Source: Guillardia theta CCMP2712 (lineage: Eukaryota > Protista > Cryptophyta). From it: DNA of 64,000 nucleotides. This document shows positions 23,801 to 35,985 of the stretch, piece by piece (position 1 is the first letter of the stretch; every line of letters starts with the position of its first letter). The position numbers were made by a program, and so were the translations under genes. The stretch spans positions 213,583-277,582 of the forward strand of contig NW_005434607.1 of assembly GCF_000315625.1 (NCBI RefSeq), in the 5' to 3' direction. The notes below the pieces were generated by a model. That model was not told where the DNA came from, ran no database searches, and worked only from the letters and a program-made list of their open reading frames with translations.

Positions 23801-26800
23801 GGTAGAGGAAGACAAGATAGAAGAGGACCAGTAATGTGCTTCTCGATGGTGCTCCTCGCCGCCTCCATCTCCTCTCCTGCCTCCTTGCAAGCCTGAAAAC
23901 GAGCAAGTAACTTCAGGAAGCAAAGGAAGCAGCTACATGCCTTCTCCACAGACTCTCCGAGCATTGGGCCCAGCAAGAGCGTCGCAGCTGCGGGAGCTTC
24001 TCTCCTCCCTCCTCCTGCCTTCCCCATCTTGTCCTTCCCTGGCGGCTTGTGCGCGAGGGAGAAGGAATGCAGACTCGAGATGTGAACTTGATGAAGCGCA
24101 TGAGCATGAGATCTCGATTGCACTCCCTGCTTCCAATCCTCCTCTCCCTCCTCCTCTTGCTCTTCCTCGCCCCCTCTCTCCTCCGCAATCCACTCAGGCC
24201 CGTCTTCATCCTCTGCGGCCCCGTGGCGACGATGATCGTGTAGCTGAAGGCACGGCAGTTATGCAGGGCAGAGGAGGCGAGGAGTCGAGACAAGGGAGAA
24301 GTCAGGCAGCACAAGCTTACCTTGAGCACTAGGTCTCCTCTGATCCAAACCCGCTCCTCCTGCTTCTCCTCCTCAACATTGGGGGGTTGAAACAGGGAGG
24401 AGGCAGACGCCTCGTTGATCTCGTGCTCCCTGCTCCTGTTCTTCCTCCATAGCCACTCGTCCATTGCCCGACACAGCAAAGCGCGGAATTCACGAGGGTC
24501 CCTCCTCCGTGAGGAGGGGGGGGAGACGAAGAGGAGAGAGGATCGGAGGCTCGTGGGCAGCACGACCTGAGCCCCCTTGACTAGTACCTTCCTCCTCCTC
24601 CCTTCGTTCAGCGACATCGCTTCGTCCATATGTACTTGCAGCTGAATTTCCCCCTCGCTGCCTCCTCCTGCCCCTGCCCCTGGTACGAGGACGCTGCCGG
24701 CAAGGTGTACTTGCGGGAACTTCGATAGAAGGAGATGCCCGACATGAGCATTGCTAGCTGAAACATGGAACGTGCAGTTGATGAGGGAGGAGGAGGAGGA
24801 GGAGGAGGAGGAGGAGGAGGAGGAGGAGGAGGAGGTCCTGATAATGACCAAACTATCCTCCTCCTGTTTGAGCATCTTCGACAAGCCCCCCCTCGTGACG
24901 TGGCAGAGCATCTCCGCCGTTTTCTCCTCCTGCCCAGCTGGGATCGAGCTGGGATCAAACAGCTCCAGCAGCACATCTAGCTGGACGTAGGCTGCCCTCT
25001 GAAACGTCTCCGAAGTGAAGGAAGTTGAAGTCAACCTGAGCATGAGGGATGAGTGTGAAAAGGAGAGAGAGAGAGGGAGAGAGAGGAGAGGAGAGGAAGG
25101 GGTTGATGTGAGAGGGAGGAGGGAGGGAGGAAGGGAGGAAAGGGGGGAGAGAGGGAAGGAGCGAGGAGGGGAGGGAGCGAGGGAGGGAGGAGCAGAGAAA
25201 GAGAGCAACACGAAGCAGGGGAGAGGATCGACGGGAGGAACAGCAGGGACAGTCGTAGCAGGAGTGAAGGGAGGAGCAAGGGAGGGAAGGAGGACGAGGC
25301 TGATCACATGCTTCTCTTGGCCGCGAGCTCCATCCTTGAGATCGCCTGCTCTTTGACATTCCGCGACTGCAGGAACCTGATGGTGTCTTCGGAGAGGGAA
25401 GGGAAGGAGGCGTTGTAGGATCCAACGCCCCAGTCCTGCAGCTCCTTCTCGTCTCCCCCCAGCAGCGGGTTCATCTTCCTCCTCTTCAGCCTCTCTGCCT
25501 TGAACGCAAACTCGTCGTTGACCTCCTTCACTCTGCAGCAGCAGTCACTCGGAGTCGCTCTCCTCCTCGTGCTCTTCTTGTTCCTCCCCTTCTCCTCAAT
25601 CTTCGTCCTCGTCCTCGTCCTCTCCCTTGTCCTCTCCCTCCTTCGTCGTCGTACCTCTGTGAGATCTGAGCAAACAAAGCTCTGCATGACTCAAGGTGGG
25701 CGGTCAACGCCGCCTTCATCTGCTCCGCCTTCTTCTTCCCCTCCTCCCCGTCTCGTGCACGGGGCTCGTAGAGATCTCCCCTCCTCTCCTCCTTAAGACG
25801 CTGCAGAGATCGCAGGGACTCCGCGGAGAGGCCGAGGAGCTCCTCGACCCTCCTGATCTCCATCTCCACCTCCGCCATTACCGACGAGCATTTCTCTCTT
25901 ACCTGCCCCCGCAAGCTTCTTGTCAGCACTTGCTTGCACAACAAGTGTACGAGCTGTCTTCGAGCTCCTCTCCTCTCTGCTTCCCTCTTGCTTCTCTCTC
26001 CTCCGTACCTCCCCTCCCCTCCTCTCTCTCTGCATTCCTCTTGTTCCCCTCTCCTCTTTCTCACCACATAGAGCGAAGGGAGTTGTAGTGAATGCAAGTC
26101 ACTTGTTGTCTTCTCAACTTCCTTGAGAGTCCTTGCCGTCTTCTCCTCAACCTCCTGCCTTGCTGTTACCCTCTTGCCACCACCACCACCTCCTCCTCCT
26201 CCTCTCTTTCCTCCCCCCCCCAACCCCTTTCCCCCTCCTACCTTGACAGCAGACAGGCCCTTCTTCACCGATTCATTCAGCTGCTGGAAACGGGAGAGGA
26301 TCGCGTTCAAGTGCTCCTCCTCCATCTTCTTCAACGTGGCCTCGAACATGGTCACCTGGACTCATCGCTCAGGGGTGAACGACTCGAAGTCTCGACTTAC
26401 CTCCCTCCTCCTGCCCGTAACGATGTCCTCTATCCTCGCTATGCTGTTCTTCATCCAGCTTCTGATGCTCTCGAGCAGGTCCACGTTGGTCGAGATCCCC
26501 GACATGTCAAGTTTCTGAAGGACAGTTAGGCTACGATATGAGAGCAGGAGGACGGGGCTACACCAAGAGGAGGGAGGGGAAGAGGAGGAAAGAGGAAGGA
26601 GGAAGGAGGATAGGGAAAGAGAGAGAGATGAGGATAAGGCGAGGCTGGGGGGACGGAGGAGTGGGGGTCAAGGAGGATGGAAAGGAGTTGGAGGCGTGAA
26701 GAAAGAAGGGAGGGGCATGGACTTGGAGGTGGGCAGGGAGGTGGGCAGGGAGGTCTGGTGAGGAGCACAGAGAAAAGGGAACAGGAGGTCTACAAGAGGC

Positions 26801-27760
26801 GGAGCAGGGCAAGGAGGAGCGAGAGCAGGAGCAAGAGCAAGAGGGCTGAGAGCGGGACCAACCTGGGCCTCGTCGAGGAGGTTGGTGGTGTTGGAGATGC
26901 AGTGCAGCCTCTCGCTCGTCATCTTGTGATATTCCTTCTCGCTCAGCTGCTGCTTCCCCTCTATCACTGTGCACTTTGAGTTCTCCTGCCATCCAGCAGG
27001 TCCAAATCAGTTCTAAGCTCCAATATTCCCTCTTTGTTACACCCCCCCAACTCGCTACCCCCCCCCCCCCCCCCCCCCACCTCCTCCTTTCCGCCTTCTC
27101 CCTTCTGCTCCTAACCCTCCCCAACCATTCCCACCATATCCTTGCTTCCCTCCCCTTCATACAAGTACTTGCATACCAGCTCAACTTTTTGCAGGATGCC
27201 TTTCATAGTCGACTCGATGCTCCGCAGTTTCGCTTCATCCTGCTTCTCTTGCGCCTTTCTCCTCGCCTCCTCCTCTTGCCTCTGCCTCTCCAACAACTCG
27301 GCCTTGCGCTTCTCCTCTTCCTCTCTCTTCCTCGCTTCCTCCGCCCTCCTCTTCTCCTCCTCCGACGGTACAACCTGCCCAGGGTCAAACACCTCCTTTC
27401 AACCTCCGACGCCTCTGCCATCACCTGAGGCGGCGGAGCCGGAGCAGGACGAGGGGACTGAGCAACGGGCTCGACAGGTCGGGGACTAAAGGATGAAAGT
27501 AAGGAGGACAAGCCAGCCTTCTCCAGCTGACGAGCAGAAGCAAAGGATGTGCCCGTGTCCTTGCCGATGGATACAGGGGGCTCTAGAGCAGCCTTCGTGG
27601 GCAGTTGAGCAGGAGATGGCTTCAACACTTGGGGAGGAGGAGCGACTTTCTGCTGCTGCTGGCTGCTCAACGGAGCGAAGTCGGAGGGGGATGCGATCGC
27701 ATCCCCCACCACCTCGCCAGGCACGGCAGGCATCTTCTTGGTGATGAAGGAAACCTGAGC
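20814..27760 (-). CDS. Long run of minus-strand exons (coiled-coil then helical, unknown domain); probably the C-terminal part of the SAC3/GANP gene, possibly a separate gene
   Basis: Consecutive GT-AG-bounded exons, e.g. EEEKRRAEEARKREEE.., MFEATLKKMEEEHLNAILSRF.., RAAYVQLDVLLELFDP.., ending ..GPFTTPTLNMSP* at 20814. No obvious intergenic break was seen. Confidence 0.55.
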
Positions 27761-27883
27761 AGATGCGCATCAGGGAATGAGCCGTTGGAGGAGAGACGAT
27801 GGCGAGGCCAAGGGATAGGACATGGATGACGAAGGGAAGAGGTAGTAATGAGCTGGAGGAGGAAGGAGCAGAAGGATCAGGGA

Positions 27884-27937
<54 letters not shown>

Positions 27938-27989
27938 AACAGGGATGCTAAGAAACGAAAGATGGGCGGGGGGAGGGGGTAGAGAACAG

Positions 27990-30900
27990 GGGAATGGAAC
28001 TATAGAGGCAGACCTTCTGGACGTCACAGAAATCGAGATCGGAGCTGAGCTTTGCCCGGTGGAACTGCACTGCCCCATCCTTCACCTCCATCCCCTTGCT
28101 CGTCAGGAAGGCCTCGGCAGCAGCGTCGTCCTCGAAGCCAAGCCTCCCCTTCAGCCCCTCCACCCTCTCAGCCGCCTCGTTCCTCGCCGCCCTGCTGCAG
28201 ATGATGGCGTCCAGCGCTCGGATCCTCATGGTGGGGAAGTACTGGTGGAGGAGGGCGAGGAGGAGGTAGGGAACCCGATCCCCTCTCGCCAAGCGGAAGA
28301 AGCGAACGTAGTTGCCGTCCTCGATGCAGGCAGCGAGGTCGACGGCAAGGCAGACGAGAGGATGGGAGCGGAGGGGCCGGTCGAGGGAGTGGTACATCTC
28401 CTGGATGGACGACTGGTAGTTCTCCCGCATGGCGAGGACGAGAATGTAGTAGGAGGTAAACTCGGCCTCCGCAGGCGGCCGCATGTTCCTGCTGCGCATC
28501 TCCGGGTAGACGTCCTTGACGAGCTTGCATAGGTTCTTGTAGATGTAGTCCTCGTGCGAGCCCATGCTCGTTCCTCCTTGGGAGCAGCGGGAGAATCCGA
28601 TGCTCTCCTTCTTGCCCATCTGATCCACGAGTGAGGGAGGGAGCGAAGAGGAAGCGAAGGGGGGGGGAGGGTGAAGGAGGAGGAATTGGTAATCGAAAAA
28701 AGGAGGAAAGAGAAGTAGAGGAGGAAGCAAAATATGAGGAACAAGTGGAGCAGAGAAATAAGAGGAGGAGCAGGAAGAAGCGTTCAAACATCCACCTGGT
28801 TTGTTATTCCGTGGGTCTTGAGTCTCTCTGCTGCCCAATCTTTCCCCCTCGCCATCTCCACGCACATGTCTTCGGCAAGCCGGTAGTGTGCATCTAGCGC
28901 TATGCGCAGGACTCGCTCGAAGACGCTGGCGATGGCGGGGGAGGGAGGGTAGTGGTCATGCAGGAAAGCCATATCGGAGCTGATGGCCTTGATGACGTCA
29001 TGGAGGACCTTGTAGACACCGACGTATCCCCCGGGACATCGCTCCATCATCTCTCGCTTCATCCACAGCCTCCTGCAGTGATCAATGGTGTCGTGCATGG
29101 CCTGAAGCGTCCTCATGTCGCTTCCAGCGTGCGCAGCTCCCGCTCCTCCTCGGTGAAACTCGTAGCGGCAGACGACGAGGGCAGGCCAGGAGGGCTCGAG
29201 AGTTTCGCTGTCTCGCTCCATCACCGAGAAGGCAAAGTTCCCACGAGAACGCCGATCGTCGAACTCCTTCTTGGAGCACATGTAGGGGCACGTGGGAGCC
29301 TTGCTCTCGCTGGCTCCTCCTCCTCCTCCTCCTCCTCCTCCTCCTCCTCCTCCTCCTCCTCCCTCTGGCTCCCCCGCCGCCCAGGATGGGTCGACCATCT
29401 CGTCTTGCGCTACTGCAACAACTTGCTTCTGTACCGTAGGAGGGGGGAGAATGGAGGGAGACGTGATGTCGACTTTTGAGTGAGCCATGTCTTCTTCATA
29501 CGCCTTCGCTTCAGCCGCCATTCTCTCCTCCAGCTCCTTGGCTGCTTGCTGCTGCTCAGCACGTCTGCATGCTCTGCACTTGAAGGGACCGTCCTGATGG
29601 CCAAAGTCGCTCGCCTCTACCCGCTTGCACCTGGAGCATGTCTTCATGTAGTCTTCCTCTTTCTCCTCTCCCCCTCCCTCGAGGATCTCAATCTTCTCTT
29701 GCGATCCCCTTCCCTTCTTCATGGGAACTTCGGGGGCTGCTGCGGGCTGCTCTTTTGCAACCGTCATCTTTGCCCTCGTCGATCTTGACTGCAGCCCTTG
29801 TGACATCAACGTCTCCTTGACTGTCATCTCAAATGTCACGCGTCGAGCAAGAAGCTGCGTTGATCGCATACCAGGATCATTGCCTTCTTGCTTTGCCTTA
29901 TTCTGTAAGAAAAAATACAGATGGAAGGAAGAAACAGCGGGGGAGACGGGAGAAGTAAGGAAGGGAAAACACAAGAGAAAGGGAAAACTGCAGATTCAGG
30001 GTCGAACAACTCGCTAGACACAAAATCTCACAGGTTGCTTTGTCACTTGCTGACTCTTCTTTGCTTCCAACTTCGCTCTCCCGCAAGCTGTACGGGCATA
30101 CTCGTCTGCCAAAGATTTCTTGTCCTCACCCTTGGCCGTGATCCCGTACATCTCCTCCAACGTGTAGTAGATGTCATCCTTGAACACAATCGTCATCTCT
30201 TTCCACGAGTCCCTTCAACATGCTACCTCAGATATGTTCTGATCTCGCATGATCGCTTTCGCCAGCCCTCCCACATTTGTCATCAGCAGGTCGTACTGCA
30301 TCAAACGAGCATCAGACCATATCCTCCTCCTCGCCCTCCCACTCACTTGAGTCAGGGGGCAGAAACGAAATTGACACTCCTCCTGCTCCTCCTCCTGCGG
30401 TGGGTTGCCGCCTGACTCCAGCGGGTCTTCGTATCCTTGCGCTGCTACGAATTTGGTCGTGGGGGGGAGGCGAGGAGGAGCAGCCTTCACTTCCCTGCTG
30501 AGCGATCAAAAACAAAATTCTGTTACAAGACAGCAGCACATGCGGGATTCTTGGATCGGCTGCTCCTTCGGCCCTTGCTCCACCCTTGCAGCATCGTTGG
30601 GCTTTACGGCAGCCTTCCTAAATGTCTTGTCTGCCATGGCCAACAATCAGCGGGTCCTAGCGGCATGTCCACCACTCACTCTTGAACTTGGTAGCCCCTG
30701 CGCTTGCAGTGCCAAGTCCATTCCCAGCATTGCTAGAGTCATCTGTGCAGTACTCACACACCAGCTCATCTGGCTCAAACAAAGAAATACCACTGCCAGA
30801 GTGTGCAGATCTCTTGGTAACCAACCCACTTCCTGTATTCCCAAACGCGCTTCCTGTATTCCCAAACGCGCTACTAGCGTTCCCGAAAGCGCTTCCTGTG

Positions 30901-31295
30901 TTGCCAAACGCGCTTCCTGTATTCCCAAACGCGCTTCCTGTGTTGCCAAACGCGCTTCCTGTATTCCCAAACGCGCTACTAGCGTTGCCGAAAGCGCTTC
31001 CTGTGTTGCCAAACGCGCTTCCTGTATTCCCAAACGCGCTTCCTGTGTTGCCAAACGCGCTTCCTGTATTCCCAAACGCGCTTCCTGTGTTGCCAAACGC
31101 GCTTCCTGTGTTCCCAAACGCGCTTCCTGTGTTGCCAAACGCGCTTCCTGTATTCCCAAACGCGCTTCCTGTGTTCCCGAAAGCGCTTCCTGTGTTGCCA
31201 AACGCGCTTCCTGTGCTGCCAAACGCACTTCCTGTGTTGCCAAACGCGCTACTAGCGTTCCCGAAAGCGCTTCCTGTGTTGCCGAACATGGACAT
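27990..31295 (-). CDS. SAC3/GANP (TREX-2 scaffold-like) protein: N-terminal FG repeats, CxxC-CxxC motif, SAC3/PCI domain
   Basis: SAC3_GANP-type motifs: PTCPYMCSKKEFDDR.., DMRTLQAMHDTIDH, FERVLR, EAEFTSYYIL, HPLVCLAVDL..GNYVRFFRL..YLLLALLHQYFPTMRIRAL..LGFEDDAAAEAFLTSKG. First exon is MSMFGNTGSAFG.. Confidence 0.85.
30829..31286 (-). repeat. Coding 21-bp tandem repeat, 22 x FGNTGSA (SAFG nucleoporin-type repeat)
   Basis: Unit GGAAGCGCGTTTGGSAAYACA. Variation is mostly at third codon positions of the FG frame, and that frame begins at an ATG. Confidence 0.92.
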
Positions 31296-31854
31296 CGCTT
31301 GATTGTGCTTTGACTCGAATCTAGTCTCTCTGGCAGAGTTTCAATGGTCCTCAACCTCTCCTTGCATTGCCTCTTTCCTCCCCTCCCCTCCCCTCCCCTC
31401 CCCTCCTACTCCACTTCATCTGCCTGCCCATCGACCATCGCCTCGCTCGAACCCCTCATCCCCGCTCAGATCCATCGCTCGGATTGAGTGGTCTGCCTGA
31501 AATGGCGGACTCCGTACTGAACTGGAACGCACACTGCCCGGGGCCCAAGTGAACAGGGTTCCGAAGTTCCGAAGTTCGACGCCGGTCACCGGCGGAGCCT
31601 CCCAGGGCCTGGGAGGTTCAGCTGGGAGGCTCAGCGGCTACCGTCAGCGTACCCCCAGGCGGCCCTGAGGCTCCCGGCACTGAGAGTCGACTCGGTTTTG
31701 AATGGACGTACGGCGTTTCAAAGTGTATTCTTGTGTGACGCAGCAATTTTTCGAGGCAAAAAGAATAGGCAAACAAGGAAACTTAATGATACAGACTCTC
31801 CAGTTCGACGTAGAGAGAACTTTGTCAATCAGCGGGTGTCGGAGCGGCCGCCCC

Positions 31855-33625
31855 TTACATGATGTTGTCGGCATTGTCTTCAAAGGTTTTCTCAATGGCG
31901 GCCCATGCGGCTGCACCTCCCTGCGAGCGAGGTCAGAACGCTATCATACAAGGGTCGAGCCACAGAGAGACATACCGGCAGCGCGCACATCGACCCAGCA
32001 ATGATCTGAATCAGACGTTCATTCAGCCCCTTGGTTTTCTGATTCGGTTTGAGTAAGAACCAGGAAACACTTCATAGGGCGTTACCTCTTGCAGACCAGT
32101 CGTGTCCACACTGCTGCACAAGCACGCAGCAATGATCAAGGAGCCTCCCACCTACGTCAAGTCAGAGCCATCCTAGTCCTTGCCGAGCACGTACCCATGT
32201 ATTCATTCCTATGGCTTCACCCAGAACCGCATGCGCAAATGCAGCTCCCCAGATCGGTTCTGTTGAGTAGAGGACTGTAGTTTCCGTGGAGGAGAGCACT
32301 CCAAGAGAAGTTGTTTGAAGGAGGACTGTGAGGGCAGTGGTGATCAACCCGGTCCACACCACTGATACCGCCACCGGCATTTGCGACAGAGACTCAGTCA
32401 CAGTCGCGACGTCCGGTAGTCCACCATTGTCCACCAACGCCCAGATGAGCCCTGTCAGCCACACGACAACCAGCTGAATCGCCGTGAGCTGCGGCCCCTT
32501 GCCGGGAAAGTTTCGCATCACTTTTTCAATCTTCCAGAATCCCATACCAAAGCCAATGGGTTGAGCAAGAGCCCACAGATCACCGATGCTCGGCTGCGAT
32601 GTCCCTCCAATCTCGAGAACTCCAACACCGAAAACTGCCAAAGCCGCTGCAATCCACGACTTCGCCTTCACGGTTTCCCCCGCAAACAGGTCAAGGAGAG
32701 GACAGATCACAACTGCAAGTGAGCACAGAAATGCAGCAGTGGATGCGTCTGCTCCTGTGTTCAGTCCAATGCCCTGAACTACATATCCCATTGCAACCCA
32801 CAAACCAATCTCCACACCAGGCTTGATCATGTCTCTGGGTACTGTCTTGAGGAAGGGACTGAGTGCTGCAAGGGCAAGGGTGAAACGAAGGATGGCAGCT
32901 ACTGAAGGGTCCAAGGCCTCTTGCATTATCTTGATACTCCCGAAATTCGTTCCATAGAGTGCTGCAACCATGAGCAAGATCAACCTGGTTCTCTGTAACG
33001 TCCCCTCGTCAACTTTAACCCCGTTTTCTGACGATCCTGCGACCTACAAACGTAGTCAGGCTGCAGTGACCAGGAGTTGAATGTCCTGCAGAGCTTACAT
33101 TGTCTCCCATTTCGCTCTTCTCCAACACAGGTGCCTCTGTAGATGTCTGTTGCTGCATACGCACTGCACTGACCCTTGAGACCCTTGCGGGGGATCCGAT
33201 CGAACGGGCAACCTTGGAACAATGATCAGCAAAGCACAAACACAAGGCAAGGCATTTTCGGTGCAGGAACAGAGCTCAAACATGGTTTGCTGGAACAAGA
33301 GAGACACGTGGGAACCAGAGAGAGAGATGGTGCGTCTCGTATATTCTGTACCTTGCTCGGACGCAGAGTCGCTGCTGGTCGCAATTGCATGGCAGATTTC
33401 GCCCATGGCATTTGGGGAGCCGAAGTAAGAAGTATATTCATGGCGCTTGTCAAGGTTTCAACAGTTGGAAGACGCAACATAGAGAATAAACGCAAACAAC
33501 ATCTGACAGCAGTGAAACACATGGGGAAATCGAACTGACCTGAGGCCAATGCCGCTGCCTGGGTTGAATGCCATCGCCATGCCCACACAGGAGATGGTTA
33601 TAGCAATACTTCCTGAGGATCGCAT
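31855..33625 (-). CDS. DMT/EamA-family transporter with predicted bipartite plastid-targeting leader
   Basis: About 10 TM segments with LYGTNF, RFTLA, GYVVQGIGL..ASTAAFLCSLAVV and YSTEPIWGAAFA..LGE. The leader MRSSGSIAITISCVGMAMA-F is followed by an S/R/P-rich transit-like region. Stop at 31855-31857. Confidence 0.88.
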
Positions 33626-35985
33626 CTCTATTGAACGAATGCCCAGACTAGTTGCGCAAAATCTGTAAACCACACGGAAGAAAAGGTCACTAATCTGTCA
33701 AACAGCGGAAGCCTCTACAAAACATCAGTGCCTGCCTGCTCTTTGAGCCTTTTAACTATCTCAAGATTTCTTCCTGCAAGTCTTCATTCCGCAGCCATGG
33801 AGCATTCCACTATCATTCGAACAAGTCGTAGCCAATACCCTACGTCCCTCTGCTCCTCCAGTTCCCTCTCTGCGAGTTGTCATGACAGCCTCATCCTCAT
33901 GGCCTAAGCGCCCGATGGCGGAGTAGCTGCAGCTGTTTCCCGGTAGGGGTCACTGCCAGCCTGTGAATGTGAAATATTGGCGAAAGGATACAAGATTGAG
34001 ACCTAAATCAAATATTTTCATTAAGGGGTCTCTCATGCACAACTTATTCAAATTGATACTATAAAATCGTAATTAGACAATACAATTTCCTGATTTTCAG
34101 ATAATTGCATGACAAAGGTACCCTTGAAATCAATACGTAAAAACAAGAAATATATTTAAGAAATGTTTTTGGTATCAAGATATTATTACAAATTTCAGTC
34201 AAATACATTCAGTCACTAAAATATTGCAGATGCGAGTCTTCTTTAGGAAAAAAAAGTCCATTGCGAGGACCACCACTTCCACCCCCCAAATCCATTCCCA
34301 ATCATGATACCCTACCCGATTGAGTCGTTCCCAAGTACCCTACCCTCCCATGCCCATGTAAACTTGCTTACACTGGTACATATAGCTATCACCCCCTCTG
34401 GGGTTTCTGTGGATATTTTGCAATGGGAACTAGTACCCCACCCCCTTCCAGTCACACTTATTATTATCGCTTCCACAGATTCCTACCCTTCTACGTCTTG
34501 CAGGTGCTCCATGCCACCTCCCCCTTTACTGCCCCACCCCTCTGATTCATTTTCTTACTCCACCCACTCATTCTCTTGACTACCCCCAATATGTCTTCAT
34601 ACTACCCTGATAGAATCCTCTATACCCTACCCCATACAGCAAAACGACCACCTCTCATCACCACCCCGATTGTTTCCTTATATGGGTGGTGGTGGGGAGG
34701 GAGGGGAGGGCGGGGGGGGGGGGGGGGGGGGGGTTTAACATTACCCTCTCCCAAAAACAAAACCTACCTACCCTCGTGCTATGAGACCCATAACATGACC
34801 CCTCCCCGATAAAAACCCGACCCGCCTCACTGTCAATCACTACCCCTACTGCAATGCTTGAATTTTTGGGTGCTCTGCTACTTGCAGCTTTCAGCAGAGA
34901 GGAGGCCATACGATTGACACAAGTACCGGTACTTTTCCCATAGATATCACCCCGTGATGACTCCAAACGTACCATGGTTGGGGCCTCTTGAAACTACCAG
35001 CGGAAACCGCTATGCAATGGTAGGGTAGTCCGAATACAATTTTGCATCGTTTGGCATTGTTGCGGGGTAGAGCGTTGTCTTTTGCAAGTCTACTGCGCAC
35101 CGCTTCGATTGTTAAGATCATTATTAAACACGATGAATCACAGGAGGTAACACAAAATAAAAACATATGATTTGGTCGAGCCTGCCTCATCAGTACTGAT
35201 GGACCAGTCGGTTACCATTGTTTTGACGGTTATCAGGAGATCCGTTACCTGTGAAGTGATGTGACGGTTACAGTCAGAATTCCTGAAGGGGTGGGGTATT
35301 TTTGAGGTCCGAAAGGGGGTGATAACTGATGAGGGTAGGGTATGGAGGGTTGGGTAGTGGGAAATATAGCTGTCATACAAAACTGTGGGAGGTAGTGAAT
35401 TGAAGGGGGTGTGAAGTCAACAGGGTGGGTAAGAGAAAAGAATGAGGCCTCAAGGCCTAAGGATAGTCATGTTTCCATAGCGATATATGGAGAAAATCTC
35501 GGAATAGTCTAGGCCATAGCAAGTGATGGGGGTCATGGGGCACAGGGGTACTTGAATATTCGGTAATGAGTAACGGGGGTAGGGTACTGGATGGTAAATT
35601 TAGAAGGGGTTCGCGGACTGTGGGGGGTGGGGTATATTTCTTACAAGATTAGACAGGTAGGGAGGAAAGAGAACCGACCAGCCATGTCCGCCAAGGTGAG
35701 GGAAACATTGGCAAGACGAAGCGAATAATGGGGAAGGAGGATGGAGAAGGGGAGCATGATAGTGTTGAGGTGTGAGAAGGTCTCTATGCATGTGAAGAGT
35801 TGGGAGATCTTGTGGGGCTGGTAAGCTGAAGGATCCCAGTCGACACCTCGTGGATGTGTCTGGAGAATCCGACGGGAATGAAGCAGGGTGTAGCAGTGGT
35901 TGTGCGGTGAATGAGAGCCCAACATGATAGGCATTGTCTCGGAGACTTCATTTTGCTATGCTGTTTCTTCGTGATGTGTAGTAGC

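Noticed and set aside
30405-31354. Alternative-frame repeat proteins (QEARLAT coiled coil, KRASCVA, NALPVFP)
   Set aside because: These are stop-free shadows of a 21-bp repeat. The FG frame starts at an ATG at the repeat edge, absorbs most variation synonymously and fits the downstream SAC3 domain.
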